Positions 8,772-17,726 of a stretch of 64,000 nt of DNA are shown here, one piece after another. The notes under the pieces were generated by a model that was not told where the DNA came from, ran no database searches, and worked only from the letters and a program-made list of their open reading frames with translations. Where the stretch lies: NCBI GenBank assembly GCA_903825395.1, contig CAIKAF010000010.1:16700-80699 (forward strand), in the 5' to 3' direction. Origin of the DNA: an uncultured Flavobacteriales bacterium. Its GTDB lineage: Bacteria; Bacteroidota; Bacteroidia; CAIKAF01. The translations under genes were made by a program, and so were the position numbers. Position 1 is the first letter of the stretch. Each line of letters opens with the position of its first letter.

Positions 8772-11228
8772 TCAATCCCCCACCTGATACCTCTGCTTCA
8801 TTTTCATTATCCGATCTTCCAACTGTTCCGTACTGAACTTTTCCCGAATCCGCTCCACCATAATCGGAAAAGCAAAAGGCGATGGCCGGCGGGTCTTACA
8901 AATCTGCCATTCCAAGCCCGAAAGCCGCTGCAAAGCCTCATGCAACCGCTGATGCTCCAACTGAAAATCCAACACCTCCTGCCGAGCCTGCCTCAACAAA
9001 ATATGATTGGGTTCCGATTCCCGAAACACATCAAAAAACAGCCGAGAACTGGCCTGCAAATGCCGATCCTTCTTGAATTTCCCGGGGTATCCCTGAAACA
9101 CCAAGCCCGCAATCCGTGCAATATCCCGAAACCGCCGACTGGCCAATTCTGTGGTGTTTAACCCGGCTTCAATATCTCCCAACAGCCCCGCCACCGACAA
9201 CAAGCCCTGCTCCCGAATCCATTCCGCCGAAATGTAGGTGTCGCTCAACAGCTCAAACCCGTAATCGTTCATCGAAATCGAAAACGACACCGGAAAATGC
9301 CGCGAAATTCGGTGGGCCAGCACCTGCGACATGCCCTCGTGCACAAAGCGGCCTTCAAAAGGAAAGAAGAACAAATGATGCCCCTCACGCGAGGCAAACT
9401 CCTCCACCAAAAACCGATGAGCCACCGGCAGGGCGCTGATGTTGGCCTGCACCTCCAGCAAAGGCTGAAGCTTTTCCCGTTCTGCCGAAGGCGTTTCCGA
9501 AGCGGGCAGAGACAACTCCCGCCGCAATCCCGCGCCCAATTCCGACGACAAAGGCATGCGGCCCCCTTGCCAGGAAGGCACGGCCCCCTTGCTGCCCTTT
9601 GCTGCCCGCACCTGCACCGCCATATCGCGGATGCGCAGCAGCTCCAGCAAGCGCCCCGCCAGCCAAAACGCATCGCCGGGCACCAGTTTCGCCACAAACC
9701 ATTCCTCCACATGCCCAATCAAGCCTCCGCCCTGATACGAAACCGGCAGCATGGCCTCGCTTTGAATCGTGCCAATGTTCATGCGGTGGCGCTGGGCAAT
9801 TCCTTTCCGCAGAATCCTCAACTTCCCATCTTCCCACTCGGCCTTTTGAAACTCCTCGTAATGCTGAAGGCTGGGGCCGCCGCTTAAAATAAACTGAATG
9901 CACTCCGCAAAGGCCTCCTCTTCCATGTGTTCAAAACAGGCGGTTTGCCGAATTTCCTGCCAAATGTGCTGCGGCACAAAGCCTTCCGACACCGCCAGGC
10001 TGCACAAGTATTGAATCAGCACATCGTAGCACAGGCGGTAGGGCTCAATGGGTTCCAGCGCACCTTGGTTCATGGCTTCGCGCAAGGCCGCCCCTTCCAG
10101 AATTTCAAGGGCATGGGTGGGCACAAAGAAAATGCGCGAGGCCTTTCCGGGTTGGTGTCCGGAGCGGCCGGCGCGCTGCACAAAGCGGGCAATCCCTTTC
10201 GGACCGCCCACCTGAATCACCACATCTACCGGCCTAAAATCCACGCCCAGATCCAGGCTGCTGGTGCACACCACCACCTTTAATTTCCCTTCGTGCAGGG
10301 CATCTTCCACCCAGAATCGGAGTTCTTTTGAAATTGAGCCGTGGTGCATGGCCATTTGGCCCGCCAAATCGGGTTGGCGCAGCAGCAATTCCCGGTACCA
10401 GATTTCGGCTTGAGCCCGGGTATTGGTAAACAGCAGGCAGCTGTTGGCCTGATGAATCACGGGCAGAACCAGGTCCAGAAGCCGAATGCCTAAGTGTCCG
10501 GCCCAGGGGAAGGAATCAATCTGTTCCGGCAGAATGCTGATCACTTCCCAGGATTTTTTCAGGTCGGCATGGATGAGTCGGGCGCTGGGAAACAGTTCAG
10601 GGCCCAGCAGAAAATAGGCCGCATCGCTGGGGGCGCTCAGCGTTGCCGAAATGCCCCAGACCTGCAGGTTTGGCAGCAGCGCCCGCAGGCGGCTGTGCGC
10701 CAGTTCCCAGAGCACGGCGCGCTTGGTACCCAGCAGGGCATGCCATTCGTCCACCACCACCGTTTGCAGGGCCGCGAAAAAGTCCGGATAGCCGGGGGTG
10801 GCCAGGAGCAGGTGCAGGCTTTCGGGGGTAGTAATCAGCACATCGGGTGGCGATTTCCAGAGTTTCCGGCGTTCGGCGGGACTGCTATCGCCGGTGCGCA
10901 GGCCCACGCTCAGCTGGGGAGCCAAATCCGGCAGCAGCGCCAGCACGGCGGCTTCCATTTCGCGGGCCAGGGCCCGTACGGGGCTAATCCAAATCACCTT
11001 AAGGCCAGATTTGGGCGATTGTGCGGCTTGAAGCAGGGCGGGAATAAACAGCGCATACGTCTTGCCGCTTCCGGTGGGGGCGGTCAGCAGGCCGTTGCAG
11101 CCCTCGTACACCGCTTGCCAGGCATCAAGTTGAAAGGCTTGGGGCTGCCAGCCGCGTTGGGCCATCCATGCCCGGCCCAGGTCCAGGGCCGAGGCAGAGC
11201 TGCTGAGTACATGGCCGCGGTCGCGCAT
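8772..11228 (-). CDS. DEAD/DEAH-box ATP-dependent helicase, Lhr-like (ligase-associated DNA-damage-response DEXH helicase family)
   Basis: Walker A LLTAPTGSGKTYA and a DEWH box (VVVDEWHALLG). 818 aa with a long C-terminal extension typical of Lhr-core helicases. The gene is markedly GC-rich. Confidence 0.6.
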   Translation of the reverse strand: MRDRGHVLSSSASALDLGRAWMAQRGWQPQAFQLDAWQAVYEGCNGLLTAPTGSGKTYALFIPALLQAAQSPKSGLKVIWISPVRALAREMEAAVLALLPDLAPQLSVGLRTGDSSPAERRKLWKSPPDVLITTPESLHLLLATPGYPDFFAALQTVVVDEWHALLGTKRAVLWELAHSRLRALLPNLQVWGISATLSAPSDAAYFLLGPELFPSARLIHADLKKSWEVISILPEQIDSFPWAGHLGIRLLDLVLPVIHQANSCLLFTNTRAQAEIWYRELLLRQPDLAGQMAMHHGSISKELRFWVEDALHEGKLKVVVCTSSLDLGVDFRPVDVVIQVGGPKGIARFVQRAGRSGHQPGKASRIFFVPTHALEILEGAALREAMNQGALEPIEPYRLCYDVLIQYLCSLAVSEGFVPQHIWQEIRQTACFEHMEEEAFAECIQFILSGGPSLQHYEEFQKAEWEDGKLRILRKGIAQRHRMNIGTIQSEAMLPVSYQGGGLIGHVEEWFVAKLVPGDAFWLAGRLLELLRIRDMAVQVRAAKGSKGAVPSWQGGRMPLSSELGAGLRRELSLPASETPSAEREKLQPLLEVQANISALPVAHRFLVEEFASREGHHLFFFPFEGRFVHEGMSQVLAHRISRHFPVSFSISMNDYGFELLSDTYISAEWIREQGLLSVAGLLGDIEAGLNTTELASRRFRDIARIAGLVFQGYPGKFKKDRHLQASSRLFFDVFRESEPNHILLRQARQEVLDFQLEHQRLHEALQRLSGLEWQICKTRRPSPFAFPIMVERIREKFSTEQLEDRIMKMKQRYQVGD

Positions 11229-11312
11229 GCAAACTAAACGAGGAAACAGGGGATTTGGTTTTAACCTCCCAGAGAATGGTCATCGCGGAAAGGAGAAGAC
11301 GTTGGATAATTT

Positions 11313-11460
11313 GGGCGGCTGCGGGCTTTCACCGGTAGTCCGCGGTGGCCGGGCGGGCTGTTGCCGGGCTGCGGTGGCTCCCAAGGTCGCCTCCTCGCCG
11401 CGGCACAGCTGCCGCCGGCCCCCTTGCGGGCAACCGGGTTCAATCCCTGCCGCGGGCGGC
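11313..11460 (+). repeat. GC-rich dispersed element, copy A (somewhat diverged)
   Basis: gggcggctgcgggctttcaccggtagtccgcggtggcc...ctcccaaggtcgcctcc...gggcaaccgggttcaatccctgccgcgggc. Homologous to the copies at 39831, 44437, 56876, 58428, 62991 and 63271. Confidence 0.8.
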
Positions 11461-11683
11461 GTGGATAGAAAAGGTAAGGGAAAGGGCCTTTGGAGCCCCA
11501 TTTTTAATTCCAACAAAATCAAGTATTTATACTTTAAACTGAAAATCATTTTCAGTATAATAGCCTGTATATCAAAATGTTGTTAAAAAAATCTTGCTTT
11601 TGAATCGAAAATTTGGATATCTTTAAATGCCGCATTGAGTTGGTTGATGCTTAAAGTACAACTACATATATCTAAACCCTTGC

Positions 11684-11812
11684 GATACAGGCCTTGAACT
11701 CTTTGAAGGAGTTCAGGCCTATATCGAGTACTACCACAGTAAAAAGCATCAGGGTACCAGGAGCACTCCTAATGAGGCATATTCTAAATTCAAAAAACTC
11801 TCAGCCGCTTGA
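11684..11812 (+). pseudogene. 3'-terminal remnant of an IS3-family (rve integrase) transposase orfB
   Basis: Translation ...ELFEGVQAYIEYYHSKKHQGTRSTPNEAYSKFKKLSAA* matches the conserved C-terminal tail of rve integrases (yIeyYNxxRxHxxLgyxTPxEay). Upstream homology is lost and a stop sits at 11645, so it is truncated. Confidence 0.5.
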
Positions 11813-11841
11813 TAAAAATCTTAACTTAGCAATGCCAACTT

Positions 11842-12420
11842 TTGGTCCAACAATTAGGGAGTATTACAGTTTTATTTGTATTGGTTTATACCTTGCAAAA
11901 CAAGATGATTGGAGAACTTGGAGAAAAAGGCAGGGAACTAGACCGAATTAAGGAAATTGAAAAAACAGTTAACAATATTGATACTGCTTATTTTAAGTAT
12001 GATGCAGAGAACAAAAAGCATATTCTAAATATGCATTTCTTGTTTCCAAAAGGCAGCTATGATATCTCTAAAATCGTGCCTGACAAACGGGCTGACTTGC
12101 TTAAAGCGGGTAACGTAATTAAACAACTCATTTTAAAATATCCGGAGGAAGAAAACATTAAATATCTAATAGTAGTAGAAGGACAAGCATCAAAAGACAA
12201 TTGGGTGGGTAATGACGACCTGAGTTACCACAGAGCGCAATCGCTAATTAAGTTATGGGAGCAAAACAATATTGGACTTGACAAATTAAAGAACTGTGAA
12301 ATAATTGTTGCAGGAAGTGGCGAGAAAGGTATTCCAAGGACACAACCAGACATTGGTAACGCTAACCAAAGATTTTTAATAACTATCGTTCCTAAAATCG
12401 GCCAAATGAAAAATAAATAG
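11842..12420 (+). CDS. OmpA/MotB-like peptidoglycan-binding protein with N-terminal TM helix and coiled coil, in an AT-rich islet
   Basis: TM segment ITVLFVLVYTL. The C-terminal YLIVVEGQASKDNWVGNDDLSYHRAQSLIKLW...GLDKL...IIVAGSGEKGIPRT fits the OmpA_C pattern (N..LS..RA ... G.GE..P). GC is about 33% against roughly 50% for the window. Confidence 0.55.
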   Translation: MVQQLGSITVLFVLVYTLQNKMIGELGEKGRELDRIKEIEKTVNNIDTAYFKYDAENKKHILNMHFLFPKGSYDISKIVPDKRADLLKAGNVIKQLILKYPEEENIKYLIVVEGQASKDNWVGNDDLSYHRAQSLIKLWEQNNIGLDKLKNCEIIVAGSGEKGIPRTQPDIGNANQRFLITIVPKIGQMKNK

Positions 12421-12431
12421 CCAACACATTT

Positions 12432-12494
12432 GGTGGCACTTTTTCAAAATAGGACAAGCCCAACTCTAAAGCCCAGTTTTGAAAAAGTGCCACC
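12432..12494. terminator. perfect 18-bp inverted repeat (ggtggcactttttcaaaa ... ttttgaaaaagtgccacc) between convergent genes; candidate bidirectional terminator
   Basis: Arms at 12432-12449 and 12477-12494 with a 27-nt loop. It is flanked by A/T runs on both strands and sits between the ompA-like gene (+) and the beta-barrel gene (-). Confidence 0.4.
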
Positions 12495-12531
12495 TAGCCA
12501 ACGCACCAATACAGAGCAACATGTGCCCCCC

Positions 12532-13626
12532 CTAAGGACTCACCAAACTAAACACCACCGACACAAACCACGTGTGCTGAAGGCTGTTCTCCAACAAATA
12601 CCCCTGATCCCCGAAAAAGCCCCGGAAAAATTCACGGTTGTCCGCGCCGAAGGTGTCCAGCTCAAAGGCATAGTTGTAGCGCAAGCCGGCCTGTATGCCA
12701 ATCCAATAAAAGCCGGAGAGGGAACGCTGATACTCCAAGCGCAAACGGAGCTCGCTGCGGCGCAGTTCTAGGTTGGTTTGAGACACCAAAATGTCGCTGT
12801 CTACATTCTCCAGCCGGTAACTCTGCCCTTCCAATTCAAAGCCCAAGGTGGCCAGGCTTCGAGGACTAAAGGTGCGGCGCAAACTGCCCCGGGCCGGCAA
12901 TAGACACTCTACTCCCCATTTGCCACTCGCCGAAGTCCAGTTCAACAAAACCACCGGAACGTAGTTCAATTCACCCACCCGATAGGTGCGGCTAATCCCC
13001 GCCCCCCACATAAACCGGTCGCTGACCTTGCGGCCATACAACAAGGCCGCAGAATAACGCAGGTTGCCCAAGGAGGGCAGCCGCTTCCAACCATAATCTC
13101 CACTGGCATCGGCCGAGGCCTGCAGCAATACAAAGTTCTTTTCATCAAAGGGCTTGAATACGGTAAATCCTACGCCCGCACTGCGAAGACCATTGCGCGA
13201 AAGCCATCGGTGCAACGGATGAGTCAGGGCCGTGGCATCTTCAAACACATAATTCTGATCCTGATAGTTCAGGTTCATTTGCCAGATGATGTTGTTGCGC
13301 GAAATCAAGGGGATGTTGGCCTGAAGACGCAAGCCATGCGATAATCCAATGCGGGAAGCAGAGGTGTCGGCAGGCGTGTTGGAATTGGTCATGGCGGGCG
13401 AACTTAGCCCCGCTCCGCCCACAACCTCATACCCAACACCAATGAGCCGCGCCGGACTCAAATTCAACACCTTAGAGCTGGCAAACCGCTTGGCGCCCTT
13501 GTCGGCAAAATCCAAATTGCCATACATGTCCCAGTCTTCATCGGTTGAACTGCTGTCGGTCTGTGCCGAAGCAATCAGTGGGCACAGGAACAACAAGCCC
13601 AAGGCATAGTGCTTCAGCCGCAACAT
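12532..13626 (-). CDS. putative outer-membrane beta-barrel (porin-like) protein
   Basis: Signal peptide (MLRLKHYALGLLFLCPLIASAQT) and an alternating hydrophobic beta-strand pattern with many Y/F/W/G. The start was chosen at the Met that abuts the upstream gene's stop. Confidence 0.4.
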   Translation of the reverse strand: MLRLKHYALGLLFLCPLIASAQTDSSSTDEDWDMYGNLDFADKGAKRFASSKVLNLSPARLIGVGYEVVGGAGLSSPAMTNSNTPADTSASRIGLSHGLRLQANIPLISRNNIIWQMNLNYQDQNYVFEDATALTHPLHRWLSRNGLRSAGVGFTVFKPFDEKNFVLLQASADASGDYGWKRLPSLGNLRYSAALLYGRKVSDRFMWGAGISRTYRVGELNYVPVVLLNWTSASGKWGVECLLPARGSLRRTFSPRSLATLGFELEGQSYRLENVDSDILVSQTNLELRRSELRLRLEYQRSLSGFYWIGIQAGLRYNYAFELDTFGADNREFFRGFFGDQGYLLENSLQHTWFVSVVFSLVSP

Positions 13627-14087
13627 TATTTCGCCGGGATTTGAAGCCGCTTCCATACATCGGTGCGGCCAAAGGTAGAGATGCCAATGTAACCCCGAAT
13701 GTCAAGGGTATTGGGGTCCTTCATGGAAATGGTGCAACTGTAGGTGCTGCCGTTCTCCGGATCGTAGATGGTGCCTTCACTCCAACTGTTGTTGCCGGCA
13801 TAGCTAAAATCCTTGAGCAGGCGGTAGCCTTTTAAGGGCACCGTGCGCAGGGATTCGTCGGGGTTGTTTTTATCGGTTTTCGGCTGCTTGGTTTTGGGAT
13901 CTACCGGCTCTTTAAGCCACACGATTTTTCCATAGTATTTGGGTCCGATTTTCTCGATTTTTACCCGGGCTTTGCCGTTGCTGGGCTCCCAAACGCCAAG
14001 CAGACGGTCGGCATCGGCCTGGGCAGAAAGCAAGAGGGTTGAGGCCCAGAAAAGCAGGGCCGAAGAGGTCTTTAGAACTAGGTTCAT
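13626..14087 (-). CDS. DUF2147 domain-containing periplasmic protein
   Basis: Signal peptide. GVWEPSNGKARVKIEKIG..YYGKIVWL...GTIYDPENGSTYSCTISMKD.NTLDIRGY matches the DUF2147 signature. Confidence 0.6.
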   Translation of the reverse strand: MNLVLKTSSALLFWASTLLLSAQADADRLLGVWEPSNGKARVKIEKIGPKYYGKIVWLKEPVDPKTKQPKTDKNNPDESLRTVPLKGYRLLKDFSYAGNNSWSEGTIYDPENGSTYSCTISMKDPNTLDIRGYIGISTFGRTDVWKRLQIPAK

Positions 14088-14097
14088 GGCTGCAGGA

Positions 14098-14598
14098 TTA
14101 ATAGGTTATTTCAAAAACTAAGTCGCCCAAAAAGCGAATGTTTTCTTCTACATCGGTTTTAAAATCGGTGTCGAGAACCAGGTAAAAGGTTCCTTCTTTA
14201 AAGAATGCGGAGGCATCGGTTTCGGCCGATACACCCAAGGCCGCCGTTGCGCTGTTTTCGGGCAGGGGATTGAGGACCGCCGCCGAAATCGACTCGCTGG
14301 TATTGCCCATAAAGGCCAGGGCAAAACTGCGGTAGCCTTGCAGAGACTGACCTTCGGCAGGCTTGATGTTCACGGATTTAAGCCGTACGGAACGGATTTT
14401 TTCCAAGGAGAATCCCAGGGAATCGGACAGCAGGGCGGGGTCAACCGTATGGCTGAAGGTGAAGGTGTTGGCGCCTTCGAAATAGGGCCCTGCCGATTCA
14501 AACGTAGCGTTTTGAATGGTGTAACTGCTGGTTTTTGTGCCTGAACCGCAGGCCCAGAGCAACAGCATGGCTGAAAAGTAGATGAACAATCGTTTCAT
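14098..14598 (-). CDS. hypothetical lipoprotein
   Basis: LLLWACGSG lipobox-like signal. No recognisable domain. Confidence 0.4.
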   Translation of the reverse strand: MKRLFIYFSAMLLLWACGSGTKTSSYTIQNATFESAGPYFEGANTFTFSHTVDPALLSDSLGFSLEKIRSVRLKSVNIKPAEGQSLQGYRSFALAFMGNTSESISAAVLNPLPENSATAALGVSAETDASAFFKEGTFYLVLDTDFKTDVEENIRFLGDLVFEITY

Positions 14599-14777
14599 AG
14601 CTGAAAGATAAACAATCCAATAGAATCAAGACAAAATCAAATTGAAAATGACTGAAAAAAGAAAGGAGAAAGGGCTATAAATTGTTTAAACTTCAAACGC
14701 CAAGGTTGGAACATCCGTTGATGCGCCTTGTGCGGTAAGAGGGAAAAACCGAGCAGAGCAACCGGATAAATGGCCAT

Positions 14778-14930
14778 GAGGCGCTGCGGCCCGGATTGCG
14801 GCGGCAGACGCGCCGGGGCAGGGCCTGGGCGGCCGGCTGCGGAGGCGACCAGGGGGAGCCCCACGCAAGCGGCTGCCGCCCAAGCCCTGCCACCAGCGGC
14901 TACAGCCAAAAGCCGGATAAGCCGCCCTAA
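14778..14930 (-). repeat. GC-rich dispersed element, degenerate copy
   Basis: ...ggctgcggaggcgaccagggggagccccacgcaagcggctgccgcc... aligns with the reverse-orientation copies (gcggaggcgaccttgggagccaccgcaagcccgctggg). Confidence 0.5.
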
Positions 14931-14964
14931 AAAACATAAAAACGAAGAGGGAAAAGAGGCGGTT

Positions 14965-16359
14965 TTAGCGCATTAGCTCGCCCAGCAGGGCCCGGAATTC
15001 GGCCTGTTTTTGATGCAGCTTGCGGCGAACGTCCGTTTCTTTGATTTTGTATTCTATGAACTTCTGCTGCCGCTGATTGAGTAGGAAAACGGAAGATTCG
15101 CCCAGTTCAAAGCGGCGCTGCTCGGCCCGGAATAAGGCATCCAACTGCCCGGTCATGCGCTGCAATAAGTCCAGCTGCTGCCCCAAGTTCCGCCAATCGT
15201 TGTACAGGGTAAGCAATTGGTTGCGAACGCCCAACCGCTGAAACTGATAGTCCATCTGGGCCTTGGTCAACTTGGCCTCGACTTCCTGACGCTTACCACG
15301 CTCTTTGCGCAGCAGCAAGGGCATATAAAAGTCGAGCCCGATTTTGTAGTTGTTTCTGAACCAAGACGGCTGAGATTCCTGATACAGGGCATTCCAGCGG
15401 GCATTCAGGACGGGAAGCTGATTCCAAACGGCCAGCTTGCGTTCCACTTCAAGTTCGGCCAGCTGGAATTGCTGCCGCAGCAACAGCGGCGAGCTTTGAT
15501 CGGCCTGAGGCAAAATGCTCGACAAGGAATCGACCGAAGGCAAGGCGGGACTGACATCAAACCGGATTTCATCGGGAATGACCGAAGCCGGAACTTCCAT
15601 AGGGGTTTGACGGTCGCGCCACAAAAAGGTGCTGAGCAGCAGCCGCGAGCGCAGCAATTCCTGCCCGGCCACCAGCTGCCCGGTTTGCCGTTCCTGATAC
15701 AAAACAAAGGCATCTAGAGTATCAATGCCGGGGATTTCGCCCAGCTCGAAGGCGGCTTTAATGGAATTGTACTGCCGCTCGGCCACCTGAACCGAGGTGG
15801 CAAACACCTGCACGTTCCGGTAGGCCGCCGACCAATCCCAATAGGCTTTTATGGCTTTGAGCATCAGTTCGTTCCAGGCTTCAATGCGCTCTTGCTCGGC
15901 GGCAAGCAGACCCTGCTGTGCCTGGCGCAACATGGCCCTTCGTTCATCAAAAATGAGTCCGCGCAGCAAGCTGGCTTCTATTCCCACAGCGGGAAGCCCC
16001 ATTTCGGGAATGGTGCGCGAGGGATCGATGAAGGAGCCGCGCATCCAATCAAAGGAGGCGTAACCGGACAGGCCAAACCAGGTCGGCACCTTCAGCTTGG
16101 TTTCCCACCATTGCCAGTAGTTTTTTTGGTCGAAGTCTTTTTGTTCAAAGTTGCTTTGCAACAGGGGGTCGAATCCGCCGCGGGCCGAAAGCAATTGGCC
16201 TTTGGCTTGTTCTGATATTTGATCGATGGCCGCTCCGTACGGATGGTGCTTGGCCACATACTCCAGGTAGGTGTTGAATTGAAGCACCGCCGTCGTGTCT
16301 TGAGCAGAGCAGAACAGGGCCCATGCCCAGCCAATCCATACCAAGCTCTTCAGCCTCAT
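14965..16359 (-). CDS. TolC-like outer-membrane efflux protein
   Basis: Signal peptide. Two repeated coiled-coil/beta halves. The stop overlaps the HlyD gene start (ATGA). 464 aa. Confidence 0.7.
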   Translation of the reverse strand: MRLKSLVWIGWAWALFCSAQDTTAVLQFNTYLEYVAKHHPYGAAIDQISEQAKGQLLSARGGFDPLLQSNFEQKDFDQKNYWQWWETKLKVPTWFGLSGYASFDWMRGSFIDPSRTIPEMGLPAVGIEASLLRGLIFDERRAMLRQAQQGLLAAEQERIEAWNELMLKAIKAYWDWSAAYRNVQVFATSVQVAERQYNSIKAAFELGEIPGIDTLDAFVLYQERQTGQLVAGQELLRSRLLLSTFLWRDRQTPMEVPASVIPDEIRFDVSPALPSVDSLSSILPQADQSSPLLLRQQFQLAELEVERKLAVWNQLPVLNARWNALYQESQPSWFRNNYKIGLDFYMPLLLRKERGKRQEVEAKLTKAQMDYQFQRLGVRNQLLTLYNDWRNLGQQLDLLQRMTGQLDALFRAEQRRFELGESSVFLLNQRQQKFIEYKIKETDVRRKLHQKQAEFRALLGELMR

Positions 16360-17723
16360 TTTTTCGGTTTAGGGGTAGTGGTGCTTGCTTTTTCGGGCAG
16401 AGCAGAATAGAAATTGGGCGGGAATCCGTTGATTTGCCGCCACAGTTCATACCAAATGGGGACGTCTTGAAGCAGGGCAAAGCCTTGGGCTCCGGCACCC
16501 ACTCGAATTTGCTGAGGCCATCCTCCTTCTTCGATATCGGGAGCTACCAGCATTCGATACATCCCATTTTCAGAAATGTCGGAATCGATGGAAGAGATTT
16601 TTCCGCCGAAGGTGCCGAAGGAAACTCCGGGCCAGCCGGAAAAGACGATGGTGGGCCATCCGTCGAACATGATGCGAACGGTTTCGCCGCGTTGCATCAA
16701 AGGGAGGTCAACGGGCTTGACGTACATTTCAATGGCCAGTCGGGGCTTCAGCGCCGTGATGGTAAGAACGGGTTCTCCGACCGATACGTTTTCGCCCAAA
16801 CCTGACTTTAAGATTTTAACCACTTGCCCGTCTTTTGGGGCGGTGATGTGCCAGAACCGACTGCGGATGCTGTAGTTGGCGTAGGTGTTGTTCAGCTTGG
16901 CAATGTCTTCGTCGGTCTTAAACAGTTCGGTATTGGCGGTTTGAATTTCCGACTCGATTTTAAAGATTTTCGAGAGGTATTCGGTTTCGATGCCGTTTAG
17001 GTCGATGGTGGCGTTGATGAGTTCTCGGTTGGCATTGTCCAGTTTGTTTTCGGCGGCAACGAGTTTCCCGGCGGTTTCCTGCATTTTATTCCGGCGGTTT
17101 TCCAATTCGCGCAAGGACAAGATGCCTTCTTGCTTGTACATGATTTCGGCGCGTTTAACCTGATCTTCGGCAATTTTATAGGCCGTTTTAGCCACTTCCA
17201 CCTCGGCACTGTCAATGCCGACCTTGCGGCGGGCAATGCTGATTTTGTTGCGGGCCTGTTGCAAGCTGATGCGCAGGTTGTTGCGCTCGGCAGCAATCTG
17301 CCGTTCCAGCTGCATGATTTTGTCTTGATAGGCGCCCCCCGATTTCTCGCGGGCGGTGAGTTGTTCCTGGGTGCGGCGCAACAGGTTGGGATCAAAGTAT
17401 TGGTCTTTGATTTCGCTGATGAAAACGATGGTATCGCCGGCACGAACGGTATCGCCTTCTTGAACGTACCAGCGTTCAATGCGGCCGTCGATGCGGCTTT
17501 GAAGGGTTTGTGGCCGGTCTTCGGGAGTCAGCGTGGTCACTTTTCCATACCCGCGAATGTTCTGAGTCCAAGGCAGAAACAACAATAAAAAGCCCAAAAA
17601 GGCAAAGCCGACCAGCCAGTAGGCCAACATGCGGGGAGTCCGCGGATTGGTCATCGCCCGAAAGGCTCCAAATTGGTCTTGCTCCATTTCCAGCGGAGCC
17701 TGGTATTTTGACATATCAAGCAT
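16356..17723 (-). CDS. HlyD-family membrane-fusion (type I secretion periplasmic adaptor) protein
   Basis: Single N-terminal TM (LVGFAFLGFLLLFLPW), a long coiled coil, and lipoyl/beta-barrel segments (GDTIVFISE...). 455 aa. Confidence 0.8.
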   Translation of the reverse strand: MLDMSKYQAPLEMEQDQFGAFRAMTNPRTPRMLAYWLVGFAFLGFLLLFLPWTQNIRGYGKVTTLTPEDRPQTLQSRIDGRIERWYVQEGDTVRAGDTIVFISEIKDQYFDPNLLRRTQEQLTAREKSGGAYQDKIMQLERQIAAERNNLRISLQQARNKISIARRKVGIDSAEVEVAKTAYKIAEDQVKRAEIMYKQEGILSLRELENRRNKMQETAGKLVAAENKLDNANRELINATIDLNGIETEYLSKIFKIESEIQTANTELFKTDEDIAKLNNTYANYSIRSRFWHITAPKDGQVVKILKSGLGENVSVGEPVLTITALKPRLAIEMYVKPVDLPLMQRGETVRIMFDGWPTIVFSGWPGVSFGTFGGKISSIDSDISENGMYRMLVAPDIEEGGWPQQIRVGAGAQGFALLQDVPIWYELWRQINGFPPNFYSALPEKASTTTPKPKK

Positions 17724-17726
17724 AGC

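Noticed and set aside
7566-9161. ORFs 7566-7970 (+) and 8478-9161 (+) from the six-frame track
   Set aside because: Both are read-throughs of the family-1 repeat units and share peptide strings only because the DNA repeats (…HKGLGWNEGARVLTTSPLRPLRRHCA…). There is no start context, and they overlap the real vapC and helicase genes.
9116-11237. Long antisense and alternate-frame ORFs across the helicase gene (9116-9439, 9297-9887, 9385-9903, 9927-10283, 10494-11237 and others)
   Set aside because: They are consequences of the high GC content of the helicase gene. Only the 818-aa minus-strand frame has helicase motifs.
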